64,000 bases of DNA from an uncultured Allomuricauda sp. (GTDB taxonomy: Bacteria; Bacteroidota; Bacteroidia; Flavobacteriales; Flavobacteriaceae). This document shows positions 57,146 to 64,000 of the stretch, piece after piece. The translations under genes and the position numbers were made by a program. Positions within the stretch are counted from its first letter, which is position 1, and the number at the start of each line of letters is the position of its first letter. The notes under the pieces are model-generated. The model had not been told where the DNA came from. It was given only the letters and a program-made list of their open reading frames with translations, and did no database searches. The stretch covers positions 37,779-101,778 of the forward strand of contig CAKZYF010000143.1 in NCBI GenBank assembly GCA_937884665.1, written 5' to 3'.

Positions 57146-57961
57146 ATGACCGAATTAAAAAAATCTGTGGAAGACGCCTGGGAGAACCGGGAACTGCTTA
57201 AAGAAATTGAAATACAAAACGTTATCCGAGAGGTTATCCAACAGATAGATTCGGGACATTTACGCTGTGCAGAACCTTATGGGGATGACTGGCAAATAAA
57301 CGAATGGGTCAAAAAGGCGGTTGTTCTTTATTTCCCCATTCAAAAAATGGAGGTGTTAGAAGCTGGCATTTTTGAGTATCACGATAAAATTCCACTAAAA
57401 ACAGGGTATCAAGAGAAGGGTATTCGCGTAGTCCCAAATGCCGTGGCGAGACATGGAGCATATATTTCATCCGGAACGATTTTAATGCCCAGCTATGTGA
57501 TTATCGGCGCTTATGTGGTTGAAGGTACCATGGTGGATTCCTGGGCTACTGTAGGTAGCGGTGCACAAATTGGAAAAAATGTCCATCTCAGTGGTGGTGT
57601 GGGTATCGGTGGTGTACTCGAACCGTTGCAAGCCGCGCCTGTCATCATTGAGGATAATGCGTTTATCGGTTCAAGATGTATTGTGGTAGAGGGCGTCCGT
57701 GTGGAGCGAGAAGCAGTTTTGGGCGCGAACGTAGTGCTCACTGCATCCACTAAAATTATAGACGTAACCGGAGATACCCCCACTGAGCTAAAGGGAAGGG
57801 TACCCGCGCGTTCTGTGGTTATTCCCGGCAGTTACACGAAGCGCTTTCCAGCCGGAGACTATCAGGTTTCCTGCGCTCTGATAATAGGGAAGCGAAAAGA
57901 AAGCACCAATAAAAAAACTTCTTTAAACGAGGCCCTTCGCGAACACGATGTAGCCGTTTAA
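57146..57961 (+). CDS. dapD: 2,3,4,5-tetrahydropyridine-2,6-dicarboxylate N-succinyltransferase
   Basis: WQINEWVKKAVVLYF, DKIPLK, hexapeptide repeats and HLSGGVGIGGVLEPLQA. Several atypical residues at 57500-57562. Confidence 0.95.
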   Translation: MTELKKSVEDAWENRELLKEIEIQNVIREVIQQIDSGHLRCAEPYGDDWQINEWVKKAVVLYFPIQKMEVLEAGIFEYHDKIPLKTGYQEKGIRVVPNAVARHGAYISSGTILMPSYVIIGAYVVEGTMVDSWATVGSGAQIGKNVHLSGGVGIGGVLEPLQAAPVIIEDNAFIGSRCIVVEGVRVEREAVLGANVVLTASTKIIDVTGDTPTELKGRVPARSVVIPGSYTKRFPAGDYQVSCALIIGKRKESTNKKTSLNEALREHDVAV

Positions 57962-58171
57962 TCCTCTTTTAAATGTAGATTGGTATTAACTTTTACAGCG
58001 AATACAAAAAAATCCTTCAAAAAGTAGAGCAACCATCTGAGAAATTATCATCTCTTACATACAAAACAACCTAAATTCGTGATTTTTTGACCAAAAAATC
58101 TACTTGTTCATAATTTGAATAAGTGTAGGAAAATTTTTCGACCAGACAATTTTCCGTGACTTTTTTTGTTA

Positions 58172-58179
58172 TAATTTTG
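58172..58179 (+). promoter_or_regulatory. -7 element (TAATTTTG) for GT2 gene
   Basis: Exact TAnnTTTG 15 nt before ATG 58195. Confidence 0.5.
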
Positions 58180-58194
58180 TAAAACAACGCACGA

Positions 58195-59004
58195 ATGCCA
58201 AGAAATATGGCCCTGCCAATGAAGCCAAAACTCTCAGCCTTAGTCATCACCTACAATGAAATGGGATATATTGAAAGGTGCTTGGAGTCTGTTGCTTTTG
58301 CCGATGAAATCCTTGTTGTGGATTCCTACAGCACAGACGGTACTTATGAGTACTTGTTGAATCACCCTAAAGCAACCGTTTTACAGCATCCTTTTGAAAA
58401 TTTTACCGCGCAAAAGTCATACGCATTAAGTCAGTCTACCAACGATTGGACACTTTTTTTGGATGCCGATGAGGTGGTTACCCCTGACCTTAAAGAAGAG
58501 ATATTGAGCACTATCCAAAGTCCTGACCCATGCGAAGCCTATTGGTGTTACCGGAAGTTTATGTTCAAGAATGAGCCCTTGCACTTCAGTGGATGGCAAA
58601 CGGATAAAAATCATAGACTTTTTAGAAAAAGTAAGGCAAAATATACTGATAAGAAGATAGTCCATGAGACGCTGGAAGTTGAGGGGCGTTCGTGTATCCT
58701 AAAGGAGAAATTAATCCATTATTGCTATAAGGATTATGAAGACTACAAAGGAAAAATGCTTAGGTACGGTCAATTAAAGGCCAAAGAGGCATTTTATAAG
58801 GAAAAGAACTTCAGTTACTTTTTGATGCTGGTAAAACCTTTTTGGAAGTTTTTCTATCACTTTATAATCCGGTTAGGTTTTCTGGACGGAAAAAAAGGCG
58901 TTACCATCTCGTACCTGAACGCACTCGGTGTCCTGGAGAGATTTAAAGAACTTAAACGTTTGGAAAAGAAAAACGAACTTACCTACTATTTGGTAATGCC
59001 GTGA
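58195..59004 (+). CDS. GT2 glycosyltransferase (WaaE/KdtX-like, LPS core)
   Basis: LSALVITYNE, VVDSYSTDGT, WTLFLDADE, VHE and GFLDGKKG. Alternative ATG at 58219. Confidence 0.9.
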   Translation: MPRNMALPMKPKLSALVITYNEMGYIERCLESVAFADEILVVDSYSTDGTYEYLLNHPKATVLQHPFENFTAQKSYALSQSTNDWTLFLDADEVVTPDLKEEILSTIQSPDPCEAYWCYRKFMFKNEPLHFSGWQTDKNHRLFRKSKAKYTDKKIVHETLEVEGRSCILKEKLIHYCYKDYEDYKGKMLRYGQLKAKEAFYKEKNFSYFLMLVKPFWKFFYHFIIRLGFLDGKKGVTISYLNALGVLERFKELKRLEKKNELTYYLVMP

Positions 59005-59819
59005 TGGGTCCATACTGCTTTTTGAATGCGGGTCTGCCTTCGTATTTCTCTATTTTTTGCTATTGATTCTGGAGTTTTATACCCCCTTTTGTGATCTAGA
59101 TGTACACATACCGCACTATATCGCAGTTGTTTGGATTTTATCCCAAAATTGAACAATCTTTCGCCAAGTTCGCGGTCCTGACCCCCATATTGCATTCGCT
59201 CATCAAAACCGTTTACGTTAAAGATATCTTTTTTCCATCCTGAGGAGTTATGTCCATTCCAACTAGCGTTTGTCGGAGTAAACGTATTCAACATTTTCGA
59301 AATCAATCCACTTGCCGTTAACTTGTTGTTCTTAAATGTTTTCGGAATACCTTTATCTTTTAACCAATGGATGTCAAAACAACGTTGTGACTCTATATCT
59401 TCCAGGGTAATCATCTTGGAAATGTTCATGGGAAGCATATAATAACCTCCAGAAATAAAATAGCCTTTTTCCTTGTTAATGTAGTGCACCTCAACAAAAT
59501 CCTCGCGGGGAATACAGTCGCCATCTGTCATAATTACATAATCCGAATTACACGCTTCAAGCGCTTTGTTCAGTATACGTGATTTTTGAAACCCGTCATC
59601 TTCCTGCCAAATGTGAACAATGCGATAAAAGACTTCTTTTTGTATTTCCTCGATCAGTTCCTTGGTCTTTGGACCTGATCCATCATCGGCAATCACAATC
59701 TCAAAATGTTTAAAAGTCTGGCAATTGAATCCCCAAAGCACCTTTTTCAGCCACTCTTCGGCATTATACGTACTGATTACGATAGAAATCTTAGGCGTAT
59801 CAACTTCTTGTGTTCTCAT
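58986..59819 (-). CDS. GT2 glycosyltransferase
   Basis: SIVISTYN, IADDGS, TDGDCIP, NGFDERMQYGGQD and HLDH. Confidence 0.92.
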   Translation of the reverse strand: MRTQEVDTPKISIVISTYNAEEWLKKVLWGFNCQTFKHFEIVIADDGSGPKTKELIEEIQKEVFYRIVHIWQEDDGFQKSRILNKALEACNSDYVIMTDGDCIPREDFVEVHYINKEKGYFISGGYYMLPMNISKMITLEDIESQRCFDIHWLKDKGIPKTFKNNKLTASGLISKMLNTFTPTNASWNGHNSSGWKKDIFNVNGFDERMQYGGQDRELGERLFNFGIKSKQLRYSAVCVHLDHKRGYKTPESIAKNREIRRQTRIQKAVWTHHGITK

Positions 59820-59824
59820 CTTGA

Positions 59825-59856
59825 CAAAAATATAAAAGTATCAATGTATATCTTTG
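59825..59856. promoter_or_regulatory. Back-to-back divergent -7 elements (CAAAAATA 59825-59832; TATCTTTG 59849-59856)
   Basis: Two exact TAnnTTTG motifs on opposite strands within a 59-nt intergenic gap. Confidence 0.55.
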
Positions 59857-59878
59857 CAATTGACCAATTTTACCTAAA

Positions 59879-60781
59879 ATGCTCAGAAAAATCGTATTGG
59901 GGCTTATAAAAAAAATGAAGTTTCTTCCCGCCCCTTTTTATATGAAAGCCTACTATGAGTATTATACAGGAAAAAAACTCAATTTGGATGATCCCAAGGA
60001 CTTCAATGCTAAAATCCAATGGCTCAAGGTCTTTTACAGACCGATGATTCTGAGTAGGTTAGTAGATAAATATGAAGTAAGGGAGTATGTAATACAAACC
60101 GTAGGTGAAAAATATCTCAATGAACTTATTGGGGTGTACGACAAACCTTTCCAGGTGGATTTTGACAAGCTGCCCGAAAAATTTGTTCTCAAGGCTACAC
60201 ATGGGTATCATTTCAATCTTTTGGTCAAGGATAAAAACCAACTCAACAGAAAAAGAGCGCGATACCTAATGTACAAATGGCTCTCTAAAAATCAATACAA
60301 AAGGGGTGGACTTGAATGGGCCTACAAACATGCCAAACCCCGCTTAATAGTAGAGAAATATCTGGAAGAAATTGGTAAGGAGGATATCAACGACTATAAA
60401 TTCTTCTGTTTTGATGGTGTGCCGCAATTGCTCCATGTGGATATTGATAGAGGCACAAAACATTCTCGGGCTTACTACGATATGGACTGGAACAAACTTC
60501 CCATTAAGCACGATAGTATTGCGTTTATTGAGGGTGAAACGAAAAAACCAGAGAATTTCGACGAGATGGTTGAAGTGGCTTCGAAACTGGCCGGAAAATT
60601 CCCTTACGTACGAGTGGACCTATACAACCTCAACAACAAAATCGTTTTTGGGGAAATGACCTTTTATCCAGCAGATGGACGTTTGGAATTCATTCCCGAA
60701 AAGTATAATCGGATTCTCGGGGATTATTTGGAAATTCCTGAAATACCAGAAGGCGAAAAATACATCACCCAAATCGTTTAA
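59879..60781 (+). CDS. TupA-like ATP-grasp (polysaccharide-associated amidoligase family)
   Basis: LDDPKDFNAKIQWLK, LVDKYEVREY, FVLKATHG, PRLIVEKYL, DYKFFCFDG, VRVDLY and FGEMTFYP. Confidence 0.9.
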   Translation: MLRKIVLGLIKKMKFLPAPFYMKAYYEYYTGKKLNLDDPKDFNAKIQWLKVFYRPMILSRLVDKYEVREYVIQTVGEKYLNELIGVYDKPFQVDFDKLPEKFVLKATHGYHFNLLVKDKNQLNRKRARYLMYKWLSKNQYKRGGLEWAYKHAKPRLIVEKYLEEIGKEDINDYKFFCFDGVPQLLHVDIDRGTKHSRAYYDMDWNKLPIKHDSIAFIEGETKKPENFDEMVEVASKLAGKFPYVRVDLYNLNNKIVFGEMTFYPADGRLEFIPEKYNRILGDYLEIPEIPEGEKYITQIV

Positions 60782-60792
60782 TCCGAAGAACC

Positions 60793-61647
60793 ATGAAGGT
60801 AGTCAAAGAACTTCCCATTTCTATTTTGAAGACCATTCAACTCATGAGTATTCCGCTGGGGCGACTAAAGCGCGCCAAACGTGCACAAATCCCGGTGATT
60901 GTTTCTTTGACGTCGATTCCCTCCAGGCTAGGCACATTGCATTTGGTAATTCGCAGTTTGTTGGTACAGGATAAACTTCCCAAAAAAATACTTTTGTGGC
61001 TCAATAAAGAGATAAAGGATAAGCTACAAACAAAGTAGACGAAAATGGAGGGTGATCAAAATGAAATCCGATACTCGGATATGACCTGTTCGCATAGAAA
61101 GCTTATCCATTCCTTAGAGGCTTTCCCCAATGATGTTATTGTGACCTGTGACGATGATTTGATGTACCGTAAAAATTGGTTGTCCACGATTTATCAGGAG
61201 CATCTGAATTATCCAAAACAAGTAATTGGAAATCATACCGTCCACATCAATCATGACGATTTGGGAAAACCTTTGAAGTTCAAGAAATGGCGATATCCTT
61301 CACATGAAAAAATCAATACTTGGGCCGTAACACCTATTGGGGCTTGGGGTATTTTATATCCTCCCCATTCCCTTGCACCCCAAGTTTTAGATAAAGACCT
61401 ATTTCTTAGACTTGCTCCAAAAGCGGATGACCTATGGTTTAAAGCAATGGCCTTAATACAGGGAACAAAATCAATTCAGGCCTTAAAAACTCCGGGTGAG
61501 CCTATCCCCATAGGCGGTACCCAAAAAGTAGCTCTCAAAAAGGAAAACCTGGGAATGGACAAAAATACCCAGCAATGGATAGCACTCGAAAAATCATTCA
61601 ATTTATCAACCATAATCATTCGCGGAATTGACGGAGGAAATCAATAA
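60793..61647 (+). pseudogene. GT-A-like glycosyltransferase-related protein split by in-frame TAG at 61036-61038; true pseudogene or sequence error
   Basis: ORFs 60793-61038 (VIVSLTSIPSRL) and 61045-61647 (HRKLIHSL, IVTCDDDLMY, GILYPP, ADDLWF) share a frame, and the motifs belong to one domain. Confidence 0.75.
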
Positions 61648-62188
61648 TTGTATCCAAGTGCTTAAAAAAGGGGGGCTCATCCTCTACCCAACCGATACTG
61701 TTTGGGGTATAGGTTGTGATGCAACCAATGAAATAGCGGTTCAAAAAGTTTACGCCCTTAAAAACAGGGATGATAAAAAGGCACTTATCTGTTTGGTCGC
61801 ACATCAAGCCATGTTGGAAAGACACGTAGCTCAAGTACCCGACGTCGCTTATGATATCATGGATTTGGCCACAAAACCGACCACCATCATTTTTGACGAC
61901 CCCCGTGGTATCGCCAAAAATTTGGTGGCCGATGACCATACGTTGGCCATCCGGGTCGCTTCAGATATTTTTTGTCAACGAATGATTCAAAAATTTGGTA
62001 AACCCATAGTTTCAACATCAGCTAATATATCTGGAGAGCCTACACCGCAAAACTTCAAATCCATCAGCGTAAAAATTTTAAAAGGAGTGGACTATGTGGT
62101 AACTTTGCCCTTGGAGAACAAAAACACATTGCCTTCCTCCATCATTAAGCTAAGCAATGATGGTCAGGTCAAGGTGATACGGGAATAA
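61628..62188 (+). CDS. tsaC: L-threonylcarbamoyladenylate synthase (Sua5/YrdC)
   Basis: ILYPTDTVWGIGCDA, K-x-R and STSANISG. TTG start. Confidence 0.93.
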   Translation: MTEEINNCIQVLKKGGLILYPTDTVWGIGCDATNEIAVQKVYALKNRDDKKALICLVAHQAMLERHVAQVPDVAYDIMDLATKPTTIIFDDPRGIAKNLVADDHTLAIRVASDIFCQRMIQKFGKPIVSTSANISGEPTPQNFKSISVKILKGVDYVVTLPLENKNTLPSSIIKLSNDGQVKVIRE

Positions 62189-63619
62189 ATGACGCAGGAA
62201 TTCCATAAGAAACCCATAGAACATCCGATATTTCAGCTCATAGGTGAAATCTCAGAAAATCTGGGCTGGGACTCATATGTTATCGGAGGAGTTGTAAGAG
62301 ATTACCTTCTGCAACGGGGCACCCCCAAAGATATCGATATTGTTACAGTGGGCAGCGGAATCAAACTGGCCCAAAGCGTGGCCTCGAAGCTCAAGGGGAA
62401 TCCGCAAGTATCCGTGTTCAAGAATTTTGGGACGGCCATGATAAAGCATGAGGGGTTGGAGTTGGAATTCGTGGGGGCCCGAAGGGAAAGTTATCTCCGC
62501 AATAGTCGAAAACCTATTGTGGAAGAGGGTACCTTGGAAGATGACCAAAATCGGCGCGATTTTACCATAAATACAATGGCACTGGCTTTGAACATGTCAA
62601 ATTTTGGTCAACTCTTGGACCCTTTCAATGGACGAAAGGATTTGAATCAGAAAATTATCCGTACCCCTTTGGAACCGGGGATTACCTATTCTGATGATCC
62701 CTTGCGTATGATGCGGGCCATCCGATTTGCATCGCAACTCGATTTTAACATTGAACTCAAATCGCATCAGGCCATACTCGAAAATAAAGACCGAATCAAA
62801 ATTGTATCCAAGGAGCGCATTGTTGATGAACTCCATAAGATTCTTTTGAGCAAAAGACCATCCAGAGGTTTCAAATTGATGCATCAAACCGGTCTTTTAC
62901 CGCTTATTTTACCGGAACTTGTGGCTCTGCAAGGAATTGAGGAAATTGAAGGGCAACGCCATAAGGATAACTTTTGGCACACTTTGGAAGTAGTGGACAA
63001 CATAGCACAAACCACCGACAATTTATGGCTGCGTTGGGCCGCCCTTTTACATGATATCGGCAAGGCGCCCACCAAACGATTCAGTAAAAAGGTGGGATGG
63101 ACGTTGCATGGGCATGAATTTGTTGGGTCCAAAATGTTCTACAAAATATTCAAAAGATTACGTATGCCGATAAACGATAAGATGAAGTTTGTCCAGAAAA
63201 TGGTACTGATGAGTTCCAGGCCCATTGTTCTAGCCGAAGACTATGCGACGGATTCCGCTGTAAGAAGACTTGTTTTTGATGCAGGAGACCATGTTGATGA
63301 CCTAATGACACTGTGCGAGGCAGACATCACTACAAAGAATCCCAAAAAGCAAAAAAAGTATATAAACAATTTTAAAATTGTCCGAAAGAAAATTGTAGAA
63401 GTCGAGGAGCGCGACCAAATCCGAAATTTTCAACCTCCGGTAAGTGGAGAGGAAATTATGGATGTCTTCAACCTGAGGCCCTCAAGGGAGATTGGAATCA
63501 TTAAGGATGCCATAAAAGAAGCTATTTTAGAAGGTGATATTCCCAATGAGCATGAGGCGGCATTTCAGTTTATGCTCAAAAAAGGGGCATCCTTGGGCCT
63601 AAAACCTGTTTCAAAATGA
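62189..63619 (+). CDS. cca: CCA tRNA nucleotidyltransferase with HD domain
   Basis: GGVVRD, DIDI, RRDFTIN, DDPLRMMRAIRF and LLHDIGKA. Confidence 0.93.
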   Translation: MTQEFHKKPIEHPIFQLIGEISENLGWDSYVIGGVVRDYLLQRGTPKDIDIVTVGSGIKLAQSVASKLKGNPQVSVFKNFGTAMIKHEGLELEFVGARRESYLRNSRKPIVEEGTLEDDQNRRDFTINTMALALNMSNFGQLLDPFNGRKDLNQKIIRTPLEPGITYSDDPLRMMRAIRFASQLDFNIELKSHQAILENKDRIKIVSKERIVDELHKILLSKRPSRGFKLMHQTGLLPLILPELVALQGIEEIEGQRHKDNFWHTLEVVDNIAQTTDNLWLRWAALLHDIGKAPTKRFSKKVGWTLHGHEFVGSKMFYKIFKRLRMPINDKMKFVQKMVLMSSRPIVLAEDYATDSAVRRLVFDAGDHVDDLMTLCEADITTKNPKKQKKYINNFKIVRKKIVEVEERDQIRNFQPPVSGEEIMDVFNLRPSREIGIIKDAIKEAILEGDIPNEHEAAFQFMLKKGASLGLKPVSK

Positions 63620-64000
63620 GAACTGCCTTTCAAAGACTGGTCAAAATAAGTTTGGTACTGGTATATCTTGTCATAATCGCTGGGGCAACCGTGAGAATGA
63701 CAGGCAGTGGTATGGGATGTCCGGATTGGCCCAAATGCTTCGGATACTATATCCCTCCAACCGAAGAAGAGGCCCTTCAGTGGAATGCCCGGCGGTCTTT
63801 TGAAAAAGGACAGGTGATTATCAAGAACGAAGGGTTGCTGGTCGCTAATTCGGATTTTACCTCTTCAGATTCGTTTAACGCAAACAACTGGAGTGCGTAT
63901 ACCAAACACGACTACGCAGTTTTCAACGTCTGGCATACTTGGATAGAATATATTAACCGATTGCTGGGCGCCCTGGCAGGATTGGCTACATTGGCCTTGG
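63616..64000 (+). CDS. ctaA: Heme A synthase (COX15/CtaA family), 3'-truncated by window edge; absent from ORF track
   Basis: Hand translation gives MRTAFQRLVKISLVLVYLVIIAGATVRMTGSGMGCPDWPKCFG...WIEYINRLLGAL. The ATG overlaps the cca TGA (ATGA). Confidence 0.92.
   Translation, partial: MRTAFQRLVKISLVLVYLVIIAGATVRMTGSGMGCPDWPKCFGYYIPPTEEEALQWNARRSFEKGQVIIKNEGLLVANSDFTSSDSFNANNWSAYTKHDYAVFNVWHTWIEYINRLLGALAGLATLAL

Noticed and set aside
57962-58171. AT-rich 210-nt intergenic gap after dapD as possible sRNA
   Set aside because: I found no convincing hairpin, terminator or ORF, and it is consistent with ordinary promoter DNA.
2805-61038. Amber (TAG) recoding or pyrrolysine, since both internal stops are TAG
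   Set aside because: TAG ends intact genes here (16129, 33870, 39913, 40672). The two internal stops correspond to different expected residues (Ser; probably Leu). No pyl genes are in the window, and both stops lie in substitution-rich patches.
1-64000. CRISPR array, IS/transposase, integrase, prophage, tRNA or rRNA
   Set aside because: I saw no regularly spaced repeats, terminal inverted repeats with a transposase, phage hallmark proteins or cloverleaf/rRNA-like segments. Short degenerate elements could have been missed by eye.

Overview
Core-chromosome window of a Bacteroidota bacterium, most likely a marine Flavobacteriaceae. This is inferred from gene content, synteny and many TAnnTTTG (-7) promoter motifs. 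It holds about 60 densely packed CDSs, mostly housekeeping (aroE, rny, zapA, cysteine desulfurase, recQ, kdsD, tatC, lptB, secA, msrA, meaB, mazG, def, ruvX, dapD, tsaC, cca, ctaA/COX15), plus envelope glycosylation genes and GH3/SGNH/GH20 hydrolases. I saw no IS element, prophage, tRNA, rRNA or CRISPR array. Items the ORF track misses are a probable 6S RNA between zapA and rny, a 46-aa membrane protein at 27874-28014, an ECF-type promoter in front of a sigma/anti-sigma operon, and the partial COX15/CtaA gene at the right edge. The best candidate for an uncharacterised system is a mirrored four-gene cassette of small Cys-motif membrane proteins (DUF2752 / CCC-motif / CD225-dispanin [IFITM-like] / DUF2752) at 16742-18095. 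Two genes carry in-frame TAG stops. Both lie in short patches of clustered non-conservative substitutions that also hit essential genes such as dapD and cca, so they may be sequence errors rather than true pseudogenes. All family calls come from motif recognition by eye; no database search was run.
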